Origin: Eledone cirrhosa
Lineage: Eukaryota
NCBI GenBank assembly: GCA_964016885.1
Contig: OZ024744.1
Coordinates: forward strand, 25,420,001 to 25,484,000
Reading direction: 5' to 3'
Length of the DNA: 64,000 nt
The position numbers were made by a program, and so were the translations under genes. The notes beneath the pieces are model-generated. The model had not been told where the DNA came from. It made no database searches and saw only the letters and a program-made list of their open reading frames with translations. This document shows positions 27,358 through 42,172 of this stretch, piece after piece. Position 1 is the first letter of the stretch, and each line of letters begins with the position of its first letter.

Positions 27358-27797
27358 TTTAGTACAAGCATGCACCTCTCTTAACCAATGCTGTTGAAAT
27401 GTCTCATCAACACACCTTATTCATTTTTCTTTCTCCTTTGAAAAGATCTGTTACGGAGAAGGGGTGACGTGTGCATTTGGAAGCACATAGTCACGAATCT
27501 GCACCTCATAAACGGCGAGAGTCTTTTGAACAATGAATAATGGGACGTCTACCATCTGACAAGATGAAGCAATCACCATGATATATGTTTTTATACGTAC
27601 CTATATATGTATAAATGTATGTAGGTATGTATGTGTGTGTTAATGTATGTATGTATGTGTGTGTGTGAATGTATGTGTGTGTGTGTGAATGTATGTATTT
27701 ATGCATGTATGTATGTATATATATATATGTATATATATATATATGTGTGTGTACGTACTTATGTTTGTGTGTGTATATTTGTATGTATGTATATAAG

Positions 27798-27870
<73 letters not shown>

Positions 27871-28098
27871 ATATGTATATATGTGTGTATATCTGTTTGC
27901 ATATTTGTAAGTACGTATATATGTATTTATGTATGTATGTATGTATGTATGTATGTATGTATGTGCTTATGCAAGTATGTATATGTGTGTAAATATTAGT
28001 ATATGTCTTCAAAAGCGAGTATATGTGCAAACATGTACCATTACAGGTTTGGAATTTTATGTTTTGATATATGTATATATACAAATACACACATACAC

Positions 28099-28161
<63 letters not shown>

Positions 28162-28439
28162 TATATTTATATTTATATGTGTGTGTGTGTATATATAGAC
28201 ATACATATATGTGTATGTATATCTGCAAATACATATATATGTATGTATATATACACATACATATATGTGTATATCTATACGAGTATATGTGTTCACTTAT
28301 CATGATATATACTTCAGGAATTTTGTTACATATTTTCACCTTTCTATTGATAAGTTTTGTCATAACTTCCGAATTAGCTGTGACTTTTCTTCTTTTGTAA
28401 AAGCTAACTTCTCCAGTATACCTATGTGGTTATACAACC

Positions 28440-28700
28440 AAATATTTTATTAAAGAGAGGTATAAAGATACATTTATTATTGTGGGAGAGTGTCCACAGA
28501 TTTCTGATTACTTCAAATTATCTTTCACAATACCTTGACACTCCTGGGCAATTAATTTCTAGCTATGCACCCATTTTTTTTTTCTTCTCTGTCCCGGATA
28601 ATTATGCCTTGTCTGTTTCGCTTAAATTTTACAGAGGTTTTGAAATGAACGTTCTACCATTATTCTTTCATGTTGGCACTGAATATGCGCTCCATATCAC
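28440..28700 (-). mobile_element. Old R4/Dong-like RLE fragment
   Basis: Degenerate minus-strand translation NMKE*W*NVHFKT...KRNRQGIIIRDREKK...LEINCPG aligns with the family A RLE. Confidence 0.5.
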
Positions 28701-28892
28701 TCAAGCTTCTTATGTGTGTGTAAGTATTTATTTTAGTCAATCATTATTTTAGTCTCTACTTCTCTGTTCACATCTGAGTGCATTTCTACGTAAATCAATA
28801 TATATGTTGTTGCTCCTGCTCTACAGTATGTGTAGATATATGTATGTATGTATGTATGTATTTATATATGTATGTATTTATATATGTATGCC

Positions 28893-28945
<53 letters not shown>

Positions 28946-28961
28946 TATGCATATATGTATG

Positions 28962-29118
28962 TTTCTCTTTCTTTTAATTTCGAGTATATTTTCGTCCGGC
29001 CACCCTCCTGGTGACAAGATTGAGAAAGAAAAGAAATTGTCATCCTTTCGTTTTTCACAGCCTACATTTATTGCCGACTAATGGCCCTCCTCTTTTGTGT
29101 AGCAGATTTTTGTTATGG
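28962..29118 (-). mobile_element. R4/Dong-like family B 3' UTR joined to a zinc-knuckle piece
   Basis: 3' UTR matches 19380-19460. cagcctacatttattgccgactaatggccctcctcttttgtg matches 20183-20225. Confidence 0.7.
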
Positions 29119-29262
29119 AGTTCTTTGTATATATGAATGCATGTGTGTGCGTATGTATATATGTATATGTGTGTGTGTGTATGTATGTATGTATGTATGT
29201 ATGTATGTATGTATGTATGTATGTATGTATGCCAATGTATGACAATGTATGTATATATGTAT

Positions 29263-31880
29263 GTTTCTCTTCCTCTTAATTTCGAGTACATTTTTGACAG
29301 GCCTCCTTCCTGGCGGCAACGTTGAAAAAGAAAAGATATTGTCATCCCTTGAATCCCAAGAATGTTTTGCAAATTTTTATTATATTGGCATCTGCTGGGC
29401 AGCTGACTTCCACTACTGTGCATGCCTTCTTCTCCCTGTCCCATACCATAATATCTGGTCTGTTATGCCTGCATATTATTGGGGTTTTACTGGAACATTC
29501 CTACAGTAGTCTTTCATATTATGTACATGGATGTCTTCCACATTGTTGTAGCTTTTAATATGTTTATTATCGGGGCTATCTTTCTTACGAACTGCATTGT
29601 ACAGTGTTTTGGCCACTACATCATGCCTCATAGGTAGATAGTACCGCGATGACATCTTTGGACAGCTGCTAATGACATGGGTGACATCCTCGATGTTCAT
29701 TCTGCAGAGTATGCACTTATTGTCACATCTTGGTGTTTTGTGAATCAGGTTATTCGTGTTAATCTCCTGTTCTTGGATTGCAAAAGCGTATCCTTCAAAA
29801 TGGGAGCCAATATAGCGGTTGTTGTTCCAAGATAGACTATATTCCTTATCTATATTACTCTCACTCTGGAGCTTCCTGACAACATATCCCTGCATTACTT
29901 TTTTGCTGATAAACATGCAGTTTTTCCTCCATGGATTCACTGCGATACTGCTGAGCGACATCCCTGGATGTGAGTTTTTGATTATCACACAGGGAATACC
30001 TCTCGAGGAGTTCCTTCCCAACTCTCATGATCTCACCTGTCTCACGCAGATAGACTTGCTTGATAGATGAGCTCCTACACTTGGAGGTTCGTAAATGTTG
30101 TCGGAGGGATATCATGCGACATTCAAATGCTGTCTGGACTGATGTTAGGCCTCTGCCTCCCCTGCTTACGTTTCAGGTAAAATCGGTCTATGTCACTGTT
30201 GATGTGGAAGTTTCTGGTGCTGTTTAGAATTTTTTGAGTTTTAACATCAATTGCTCGGATTTCGTCTATCGTCCAATCGAGTATTCCAAACGTTGGTGTT
30301 AGGATAGTCACAGCAAACAAAAAATGTTGGTAGATTGTGTTGTAGTTTTTCCGCGCTTTACAACCATATATGAACATTTATATTGGCCAAACTCCTTTCC
30401 TATATCCTTTGAGAATGTAACCAGGTCAAGATTTTGCTTCATTCCATTTATGTTCTTCGCATAGATTTTTCAGGTCATCCTCAAAGAAATTATGGGTTAA
30501 GTTCGTATTTCAGTACTCCTGTGAGCCAATGATGTATCCTTCACATTTCTTGAGCAAAAATGACAAGGGGTTTAATGACAAGATAAATAATAGCATAGAG
30601 AGACTGTCTCCTTGAAATATACCTCTCTGATATTCTATTTTATCAGTGAAAATAGAGCCCCCCGCCCCCTCTTTGTTTTTAACTTTAGGATAGTAACCCA
30701 AGAAGAGGCGAGCTTCTATATGGCTTTCACAATAATGTCTGGGACTTTAGCAAGGTAGAGGCAAGAGTGGGGAACAGAATCAGATGCTTTTCTGTAGTCT
30801 AGCCAGACTGTAGCTATATTCTTCCTAAGTTGTCGCACTTCCGACATCACAGTTTTGTTAAGTTGTTCAGCACACCCCAAACACCTCTCTTTCCAGCTGC
30901 TTGTACATCTGTGAATATGTTATTATTTTCACAGATCTTGGAGGAGTAGGTTAGGGCAGGCTGTATACATCTTACACATCAGGTTCTGGCATGCAATGGG
31001 TCGCTAGTTTTTTGCCAGGTGGGTATCTTTGTTCCTGGTGACCAGTAATGTTTGTGCTAATGTCAACCATGGATTGGCAGTATCGGTAGACGGTCGGACG
31101 CCATGCTTTCCAGCATAGTTAGGTCCCTTTACGATCTGAGTTCAAATCCCGCCTAGGTTGACTTTGCCTTTCATCCTTACGGGGTCGATAAAATATAGTA
31201 TCAGTAATGCACTGGGTAATTGCTGGCCTTGTGCCTAAAGTAGAAACAATTATGGTATAAGTGTATCTCCATTAAGAACTTGTTGGTAGAGCTCGGTAAG
31301 ATACCTCCGATAGAATATCAGTTTCCAAAAGGAATCTATGTCTTTCTGGGATGGGGCCGCAGTGACATTTATTACTTTACCCTTCATATCTTGAGAGACT
31401 GATGTTTGGTTTTGTCTGAATCTTTTATTAAGCACTTTTCTCTCATCTACCTTCTTCAGGTATCGGCGTGTTTCGCTAACAGCTCTCAATTCTTGTTTGA
31501 GGGTGATCAGCCTATATTGGAGAGTTCTGGTTCTACTGTTACCAAACATCGTCTCTATTTTATTTTTCATCTTTGTTGGTGAGGAGTGAGGTTTTTTGTG
31601 TTTGTTTGCATGTAAGGAGCATTGTCACATGTCCTATGGTTTTTCGTAGGTCAGTACTCTTTTTCTCTATTTTAGTTATATATGATGGTATTTTTGGTGG
31701 TGTTTTGTTCTTGTTAATATCTCTGCTATCACCAAGATAATGCTTCACTGTCGTTGCTAAGGCATATAAACAGGCGTTGATTTGCCAAAATGTTGGGGTT
31801 TTTATCCGTCGTAAATATTCATCCCCTATCTCATTAATAACACGTAGTATTTCATTATTTGGTTTTATTTTATTTAGTAT
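29263..31880 (-). mobile_element. R4/Dong-like family A element, decayed, with a family B-type 3' end
   Basis: Colinear with 35590-38265 (RGIFQGDSLS, CILCRMNIEDVTHVISSC, HNRPDI) with internal deletions; SINE inserted at 31070. Confidence 0.9.
31070..31250 (+). mobile_element. tRNA-headed SINE, full length
   Basis: TGGATTGGCAGTATCGG (A box), GAGTTCAAATCC (B box), GCCTTTCATCCTTACGGGGTCGATAAAAT (resembles the Nin/Deu conserved SINE domain), ending GTGCCTAAAGTAGAAACAAT. Confidence 0.92.
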
Positions 31881-31894
31881 TGTTGTTTTATTAC

Positions 31895-32078
31895 GTTCAG
31901 AGAAATGATATAGGCACAAGGCCAACCAGTACATTACTGGTACTTTATTTTATCGACCTCGTAAGGATGACAGGCAAAGCTAACCTCTACGAAATTTTGA
32001 ACTTAGAACGTAAAGAGCCGTAATTCTATGCCGTAAAGATTGTAGCCCGACGCTCTACCGATTCAGCCAATCAACCAA
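31895..32078 (-). mobile_element. SINE, diverged subfamily
   Basis: taggcacaaggcc...cattactggtactttattttatcgacctcgtaaggatga...ctctaccgattcagccaatc. Confidence 0.85.
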
Positions 32079-32296
32079 TAGTAATAATAATAACAATAGT
32101 AATAATAAATAAGTATTCTATGACAAACTCATGTAGATGGCTGAAACGTTCCAATTTTAGTATATATTCTGACTTATTGTATATATAACTGGACACGTGA
32201 GTCTGTAGACATTTATAAACATATTCAAATATTTATCTCTCTCCACCCTCCATCGATCTATCTATCTCTCTATCTCTCTCTCCATCTCTCTCACTC

Positions 32297-32359
<63 letters not shown>

Positions 32360-32447
32360 TTATTTCCTTCTTTCTTTCTTTGTTACTTTTTCTTTCACTT
32401 ATCCATATATACAATATTTCATTTTACAAATAAATATACTTACTTAA

Positions 32448-32569
<122 letters not shown>

Positions 32570-33096
32570 TGTGTCAGTGAGGGTGGCTGCTGCATAAGTG
32601 TGTTTATGTACGTATAACGATATCACATGTTGTATATCTAACACCGTCTATCTGTCCAGTTCTTTCTGTATGGCTGAGAGAGTGTTCTAGAAGAACATTA
32701 TATATTTGAAAAGACGGCAGACATTGGCCCCAATACGTGCTCAAACGACAAATTCCAGACAAAAAAACTACGAATGAAATAGAATAGTTGGAAGGATGAT
32801 AATCATCTACCGTTTATCACATTCAAGAATATGGTACATGGTCTGTTAGCACAACATACGCTGATTCAAAAATAAACACTTTCTTACATTTAGACAACAT
32901 GGTCGACACTGCGTGAGGGAGAGACAGTGCTCTCTCTAACTAGCGTTCAGCTTATTTCCTCGGACATGTGCGCATGCACACAACAACCAAACACAGTTGG
33001 AACTGTGAAACACACATGAAAGAGGGGTTGGCTACTGACATTAAGGATTATATAATGTATAAAAAAAGAATTAAAGAAAATGATGCTCATTATATT

Positions 33097-33647
33097 GAAC
33101 TAACTGGCCCCGTGCCGTCAAAAATGACGGCTAATAGTAATATCAATACATAATATAAAAAAGAGATGTTGGTTGGTTGATTGCTTGGCTGGTTCCTTCG
33201 CACTCCCTCACACAAGTGATACAAACATACAAACACACAGCTGTGACGAATCTTAGAACGCTGGACTTCTATAGTTTCTCTCACCCCCTCCTTCCCCAGT
33301 CATCACATAGATGTGTGTGTATGTAATGACTATGTTTATTAAGTGTGTCTGTTTATATACTGGTATATGTATGTGTAGATTGGTGTGTGTTTGTAATTCT
33401 ATTGTCTATGTATCTTTCTAAATAAACACACACAAACATACGTATATACACATATATACACGTATATACACATATTATATATAAATGTAATGTACACATA
33501 CACACATTTACACACACAAACACTCACATAATCACACAGCCAATGTGTGTAGCCAATTCACTATACATATACACATACAGGTGTAGCGAATAGACGCTGC
33601 TTTCTGTAGTTGGCCGTCACCCCTTCCTTCCTCAGTCTACGTCATCA
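33097..33647 (-). mobile_element. Probable non-autonomous Helitron-type repeat
   Basis: Minus-strand 3' end gccgtc-attttt-gacggc hairpin followed by ...ccagttagt (CTAG-like). 33391-33647 is homologous to 3936-4165. Confidence 0.5.
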
Positions 33648-33655
33648 AACACACT

Positions 33656-33705
<50 letters not shown>

Positions 33706-33981
33706 TCTGCCTCACTCTCTCTCTACACACACACTATCTCTCTCTCTCACACACACATACACACCTACACACACACACACACTAACACACACACACACTA
33801 TCTTTCTTTCTCTCTCTCTCACACGCACACTCACACAAACTCATACATACGCGCATTTAAACACAGATATACACACACATATGCAGACATATACAAACAC
33901 ATATACACACACATACATACATACAAACATACATACATACATACATACATACATACATACATACATACATACATACATACA

Positions 33982-34013
<32 letters not shown>

Positions 34014-34022
34014 CATACATAC

Positions 34023-34630
34023 ATGGTGGCTGCCAACTCGTTTTCGAGTACGGCCACTACTTTATATCCATGTAGGAGAATCCCTACCGATGCGCTGAAC
34101 GAGTGTGACATTTTAGTCCAGCCAGTGACTTGAAAACTCTGGTACAAACACTACACTTGTGACAATTATTGACACAGTGCTGGGCCCATGGTACCATGTG
34201 AGGACAAGTGCAGAGAGATCTCCAGATACAAAGCAATGCCTGTGCCGTGAAGCTTTTATAGTGAGCAAAGGCACTGCACAAAGCCAGTCCCACTCTCTTA
34301 ACCAAGATGATATTTACAAAAAAGAAGAACAAGTCAACATCATTGGATACCATCAGGGTTGCAGGTGTTATATCAGAGTTTTCCTTCTCCTAGAATTCTG
34401 CCTTGACAAAGGCTAAGGGGTCATCTCTCCCAGTGATTTTGGATGGCCATTGACTCTTAAGAGCTCCTTTGCCCTTTGACAGGTTTTGTTTTTAGTCCTG
34501 CAGGATGTCCAAAGTCACCCTCCTCACCAAGAAACCTTGGTGGGGTTGCCAGTTTAGTCGCCAACGACCCGACCATGAGACAGGTTGTACTGGGATACAT
34601 GTTACCAGTAGCACCAAGTGGTGACCTGAC
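34023..34630 (-). mobile_element. RTE-derived non-autonomous element, full-length copy
   Basis: Reverse complement of 22500-23110; flanked by (CATA)n on both sides. Confidence 0.85.
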
Positions 34631-34660
34631 ATACATACATACATACATACATACATACAC

Positions 34661-37600
34661 TTCATCAGTCAACGCCATCAGTCGCATATTTTGGCGTGGG
34701 AGACTATTTATTAAATTTAAGATGAATACTATCTCCGACAGTAATGCCACAACTACAGCCAGGTTGAATAACTGGTTATTCTTCTAACTATCCCTTCTGA
34801 AGACACCTTTTATTCGAATTCGTAGAGATATCCGTCTAAATACATAATTCATTTTACATAGATTTGCTACAAACAGCATGGCTGAACACAACATCAAAAA
34901 AAAAAAAAAAATTAAGGAAGTATCGAAGACAAATAACAAAGAAGGTAATCAAACTTTATTCAGTTGTAGCTACAGAAGAAACCGCAATTATAAATTGCAT
35001 TTCTCTTGGAGTTGCGAACTTAATAATGATTTATTTAATTGTTATAAAATGGCAAAAAACAATCCCTCCATTGGCTATATGAATAGAATGAAGCTACACT
35101 GGGACGAAATACATCCAGAGCTAAATTATTTCACAGCGAAACAATTACGCCAACAAGCGAAGTTTGTTGAACGTAAAAATAAGATAAATATCATTAATTG
35201 TAAGTCCCCCACAACAAACATGGAATCAACAACACGTGTTACAGATCGCCATGCTACTAGTCTTCCTAGCAGCCAGGTCGAACAGCACCATGAAACAACT
35301 ATGCATGTAAGAAACTTGACACCACCTGTACCATCTAAGTCTACCTCAAATGCTGGGGAAAACACTATTGATAATAATAATAATCGAAGCAATAATAATA
35401 ATAATCGAATAAATGTAACACCACGTATACCATCCGAGTCTACCTCGATTGTTGTGGAAAATACTATCGATAATAATAATCAAAAATATAAACAATTGAA
35501 AATTTCCCTCAACGAGATCTTCCAGAGAGAAATTAACTCATGTATAAATATCTCTCTGGCTGAACGTGTTAAAATGACAATGGTGAATAAAAACCCAAAT
35601 AATGAAATACTACGTGTTATTGACGAAATAGGGGATGAATATTTACGACGGATAAAAACCCTAACATTTTGGCAAATCAACGCCTGTTTATATGCCTTAG
35701 CAACGACAGTGAAGCATTATCTTGGTGATAGCAGAGATATTAACAAGAACAGAACACCACCAAAAATACCATCATATATAACTAAAATAGAAAAAAAGAG
35801 TGCTAACCTACGAAAAAACATAGGACATGTGACAATGCTCCTTACATGCAAACAAACACAAAAAAACCTCACTCCTCACCAACAAAGATGAAAAATAAAA
35901 TAGAGACGATGTTTGGTAACAGTAGAACCAGAACTTTCCAGTATAAGCTGATCACCCTCAAACAAGAATTGAGAGCTGTTAGCGAAAAACGCCGATACCT
36001 GAAGAAGGTAGATGAGAGAAAAATGCTTAATAAAAGATTCAGACGAAACCAAACATCAGTCTATAGAGATATGAAGGGCAAAATAATAAGTGTCACTGAG
36101 GCCCCATCCCAGAAAGACATAGCATCCTTTTGGAGAAAAATATGGGGTGAAAAGAAGAATTTCAACCAAGATGCAGTGTGGCTAAGAGAAATCCGAAAGA
36201 ACTATTGCTCCTACACTACAACAAAAACATACGAAATAAGTGAGGGTACACTTGAGACTGTGATAGGAAAACTCCAAGATAAGAAAACACCAGGAAGAGA
36301 CATGATTGTCGACTACTGGTACAAGAAACTAATATTCTATCGGAGGTATCTTACTGACCTCTACCAACAAGTTCTTAAGGGAGATACACTTATACCAGAA
36401 TGGTTGACATTAGCACAAACATTACTGGTCCCCAAGAACAAAGACACCCCTTTGGCAAAAGCTACCGACCCATTGCATGCCAGAACCTGATGTATAAGAT
36501 GTATACAACCGCCTGAACCTATTCCTCCAAGATCACTGTGAAAATAATAACATCATCACAGATGAACAAGCAGCTGGAAAGAAAAGGGTTTGGGGTTTTG
36601 CTGAACAACTCCTAATCAACAAAACTGCGATGTCGGAGGTGCGACAACTTCGGAGGCATATGACTACAGTCTGGCTGGACTACAAGAAAGCTTTCGATTC
36701 TGTTCCCCACTTTTGGATGATAGAGGCCCTCCAACTTGCTAAAGTCCCAGACATTATTGTCAGAGCCATAGAGAGGCTGTCTTCTTCTTGGGCTACTATC
36801 CTAAGGTTAAAGACAGAGAGGGAGGACTCTATTTTCATTGATAAAATAAAATATTGCAGGGGTATATTTCAGGGGGACAGTCTCTCTGTGATATTGTTCA
36901 TCTTGTCATTAAACCCCTTGTCCTTTCTGCTCAAGAAATGTGAGCGATACATCATTGGCTCACAGGAGGATAGAAATACGAACCTAACCCATAACTTCTT
37001 TGTGGACGATCTGAAACTCTATGCCAAGAACATGGATGGGATGAAGAAAAATCTTGACCTGGTTACAACGTTCTCAAAGGTTATAGGAATGGAGTTTGGC
37101 CAAGATAAATGCTCATACATGACTGTAAAGCGGGTAAAAACAACAACCTAATCTAGCAACGTTGTCATCAATGGCATAACTGTTTCACCGATATCTGATG
37201 AGGACTGCTACAGATACATGGGGATAGATGAGAACATATCCTATAATGGTATCTGTAATAAAGAACGCGTAACCAGGGAATACTACACCCGATTAAGAAA
37301 GATCTGGTCAACGGAACTCTCTGTGCAAAACAAAACAGTGGCTCACAACACCAACGTTTGGAATACTTAATTGGACGATAGATGAAATCCGAGCAGTTGA
37401 TGTTGGAACTCGAAAAATACTAAACAACACCGGAAACTTCCACATTAACAGTGACATAGACCGTCTTTACTTGAAACGTAAGCAGGGAGGCAGTGGCCTA
37501 ACATCAGTCCAGACAACATTTGAATGTCGCATCATATCTCTCCGAACCTCGAAGCGTAGGAGCCCGTTTTTCGAGCAAGTCTATCTGCATGAAACAGATA

Positions 37601-38645
37601 AGATCATGAGAGTTGGGAAGGAACTCCCAGAGACGTATTCCCTGTGTGATAAACAAAATCTCACACCCAGGGATGTCACTCAGCAGTATCGCAGTGAATC
37701 CATGGATAACAAACTGCATGCCTATCAGCAAAAAATCATGCATGGATATGTTGCCAGGAAGCTCCAGAGTGAGAGTAATATAGATAAGGAAAGTAGTCTA
37801 TCTTGGAACAACAACCGCTATATTGGCTCCCACTTTGAAGGATACGCTTTTGTAATCCATTAACAGGAGATTAGCACGAAATACCTGATTCACAAAAGAG
37901 ATAGGGATGCAGGCAAAATACCTAGATGTGATAACAAGTGCAGACTCTGCAGAACTAACATCGAGGATATCACCCATGTCATCAGCAGCTGTCGAAAGAT
38001 ATCATCGCGGTACTATCTAGCATGATGTAGTGGCCAAAACACTGTACAATGCAGTTCGTAAAAAAGATAGCCCTGATAATAAACACATTAAAATCTACAA
38101 CAATGTGGAAGACATCAATGTACATAATATGAAAGGGTACTGGTGGAATGTTCCAGTAAAACCCCAATAAATGCAGGCATAACAGACCAGATATTATGAT
38201 AGGGGACAGTGAGAAGAAAACATGCACAGTAGTGGAAATTAGCTGTCCAGCAGATGCCAATATAATATCAAAGATTAGTGAAAAGGAGAATATTTATGCA
38301 GAACTGATGAGAAATCTGCAGATACTCCACCCTGATTACACCTTCAGATTTATGCCTATGATTATTGGGCACTGGGTTATGTTAGTAACTGCCTCAATAC
38401 AAATCTTGAGAAGCTAGGCTTCACAGGAACAGAAAGAACACAACTAGTTAGGAAACTACAAGTACAATTCATTAATGGAAGAGTAAACATATATAAAACA
38501 TTCCAAAAATGTTACATCTAATAACTGCATATACACATGTGCAGATACAAAGCATATACACATGCACACATACAACTCAAAACATACACATCCACACATA
38601 CAATAACATCCATATCTACACATGCATACATACATATCTACCTAA
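34661..38645 (+). mobile_element. Near-full-length R4/Dong-like non-LTR retrotransposon (single ORF: RT, CCHC, RLE), frameshifted
   Basis: ORF pieces 34878-35891, 35846-36490, 36630-37151, 37471-37863 and 38196-38417. RT motifs WLDYKKAFDSVPH, GIFQGDSLS and FFVDDLKLY. Zinc knuckle CRLCRTNIEDITHVISSC. RLE HNRPDIMI...VEISCP. Confidence 0.93.
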
Positions 38646-38810
38646 ATGTTGAACAAAATTTTTGAAATCCACAAATTATTCTCCTCTCACAACCTTCCTG
38701 CCAGATGATTGAACGTCTGAAAGTATATACTTTCCTTATGCATATTAACGGCTGAGCAGCCTAATTTGCATATCGAGTGAGTTAATCGGCCGGGCGCACC
38801 GAAAACGATG

Positions 38811-39266
38811 AATGGAAAAGATGAAACGAAATTTCATTTCTTACTCTTAGTACGGCTGTAACTTAAATATAAGTATGTGTACGTATATACATAGATGTAT
38901 ACAGACGTATAGTAGTATGTATATATATACATACATGCACAAATATATATATGTACGTATGGATTTACCGAACATTTATTATAATGCTCGGTTTGTTTGT
39001 AAACAAACATCCCGAATTAAGCCGTACAGTGTTTAGCAACCATCATTGCCCTTTTGTTTAACACTGACAAAGGAACGATGTACAAACCGAGCATTATAAT
39101 AAATGTTCGGTGAATCCATACGTACATATATATATGTGTGCATGTATGTATATATATACATACTACTGTACGTCTGTATACATATATGTATGTACGTATA
39201 CATACTTATATTTAAGTAACAGCAGTACTAAGAGTGAGAAATGAAATTCGTCTCATTTTTTCCATT
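38811..39266. repeat. Inverted repeat, about 185-bp arms
   Basis: ...accgaacatttattataatgctcggtttgt pairs with acaaaccgagcattataataaatgttcggt...; followed by (TA)n. Confidence 0.93.
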
Positions 39267-39311
39267 TATATATATACTATATATATATACTATATATATA
39301 TATATATATAA

Positions 39312-39436
39312 TTTTAATATAGAAGAGCTTCTACAGGACTAGAACTGTTTCATTCGTGAGAGACATCAGGAAGCTTCCTGATGATTTCTCACGAATAAAA
39401 CAGTTCTAGTCCTGTAGAAGTTCTTCTATATTAAAA
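39312..39436. repeat. Palindrome made of two opposed minimal hammerhead motifs
   Basis: Centre ggaagcttcc. Arm consensus CTTC-CTGATGA-tttctcacgaat-GAAA-cag ttctagtc ctg-TA-GAAG; each arm has one core lesion. Confidence 0.85.
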
Positions 39437-39965
39437 CTTTTATACTCTACTATGTATTGAGTACCTTACTGTGGTTACCTCCGATTCAACCCGGAATAAC
39501 TTGTATATATAGAACCACATTGGCATACGGTTAGATAATACTTGTTTCCCTATATGTATCTTTTACACGTAGGAATTCATACTTTATTATTATTGATCTC
39601 CCCCTAAGGTACAGATAACATTTTGGCCGTTTCGACTGCTGCTATTTCTAGTGGCAGGACATTGACCTGTCCACCCTGCCTTTTGTCTTTGCACACGGCA
39701 CCAGACAGAATTATTTCTTTTTGTCATCCGCTCTCATTTGGGTATGGTTTTGTATGGCGTCAGTTTGTGATTTGAACTCGGGGATTTTATATTCTCCGAG
39801 GGAGAAGAGCCTTCTGAAAATTGCTCCCTTCTCCCTTCTCAATGTAAATCCGCTTGGATTTTCCGTTTATTCTGGAGCATGAAACCGCGGTAAAGGCACG
39901 TATAGTAAGTACAGCGAATTTTATAAAATGTTTAAACTTTTTCTCTATTTGCTAGACCTCGATTT

Positions 39966-40108
<143 letters not shown>

Positions 40109-41279
40109 ATGTGTGTGTGGGGTGTGTATGTATATAATCTCAATTCTGCTAATTACATCTGTAATCCTGTCATATCTATCTCTGTATCCGTGTGAGAACG
40201 CTAACCACCATTGTTTCCGGCTTCTTCATCCACCACCAGTGATGTTTACTCACTGCTGGAGAAGTCTATTGGTGTTATTGGTGTCGTCTGTTTTCTTTCA
40301 TATTTTGAAAAAAAAAATGATTTGACTCTTTTACTGTACACAGCCTTAGGTTTAGGTGAGATGTGAAAGGTAGATATCGGAAGTAAACACCTATAGAAAT
40401 GTGATAGAAGGGAGTTACTATGGAGGATGCTGAAAACTATGTAAGGCGAAGTTAGGTTAAATAAGTAGGAATTGGGCGTGAGATGTATTTACCATAATTT
40501 AGATAATCATTAAATATACTGGCAGAAAAACCACCGCTCAGTTGGTTTTCTGTTAGCATATGTAGTGTGCATATTGATATTATACGCAAGTATATATGTA
40601 TGTAGATATGATACATTAAATAACATCGTAATTGACAATATACACAGAAATTGAACGAAAACTGCGTTACACTGTCTTCTGTAATCAGTAACATAATCCA
40701 TTGACGGAAATATATGACTGTTTATTTAAGCGATCGCTAACCGGAAGTGTTGACATTTGAAAATTTTAATATTCAATCATTATTTATTCAAAGTAATCCA
40801 CCTTATTTTACAAACGGGATTAAAAAAATATATTCTCAACGCAGTCCCGCACTCCTTACTTTATTATGGTTTAGATTCCATGGAAGTATATAGTATAGTA
40901 TAGTATGGTATAGTATATACTATATAGTATATAGCATATAGTATAGTATAGTATAGAAATGACAAGTTTGCAAACAGCTTTCACTTACCGAGTGAGGTGG
41001 AATTCGACAAATTGGACCATGGATACAATATTTCCATTGGTCTTTTCATTGCTGATCCTATCTACATGTGGCTGAAGGCACACAATTAGTTACATTTAAA
41101 GAATATATCATTGATAGTTATGCTTGAAGCTATCATGAATAAGTAAAATGGAAATAATATATAAAGTGTAACTATGAATAACGAATATCATATTGAGTCT
41201 ATAAACAGTATATAAGTACTTAATAGCAAGTACATATGTAGTAGGTTTATCACGAATATTATTGAAAGAGTTGTGTGTG

Positions 41280-41321
<42 letters not shown>

Positions 41322-41370
41322 GGGGGGGTGCGTGCGTATGTGCGTGTGTGTATGAGTGTATGTGTGTGTA

Positions 41371-41425
<55 letters not shown>

Positions 41426-41662
41426 TGTATTCTATTATGGTCTGGTCGGTGATGGCTAAAATACGAATGAAAACGAACAAATGGATAATTAGAAAAAATG
41501 TGTACACACCCTCCAATATTTAAAGGTCATCCATATGATCACATTACAATAATAATTATTGCTGCAAACCTTAAAATAAACAAGAGCTCGCGCTAACACA
41601 CACACACACACACGCACGCACACACATATATACACACACACACACACACACACGCACGCACG

Positions 41663-41713
<51 letters not shown>

Positions 41714-42001
41714 ACACACGCACTCACAGAAATGTGAGTCACCGCCAGTGAATTTCTGAAGGCTGAAGAACGAACTACAACTTTCTGCTGGAAACTGAGG
41801 GTACCAAGGAGGATATAGACCATACAATATAGTAGATCTACCTCTACTATTACATATGGAGGGCTCTGTCTTTAGTCATTGCAGCCATACATTCAGCTGA
41901 TATATATATATATGTAAAAGGTAAACAGCAATAACAACACAATCGGTACAGTATATGGAAGGGATATATTAGCTTAACGTTTGATATAGCAGGAAGAGGA
42001 T

Positions 42002-42172
<171 letters not shown>

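Noticed and set aside
31070-31155. tRNA-like A and B boxes
   Set aside because: This is the head of a SINE, with no cloverleaf; not a tRNA gene.
37195-37215. CTGATGA strings at 37195, 38304, 46722 and 13834, and CTGAAGA at 34796 and 41763
   Set aside because: They lie in LINE coding sequence or lack a properly placed GAAA and stems I/III; not called as hammerheads.
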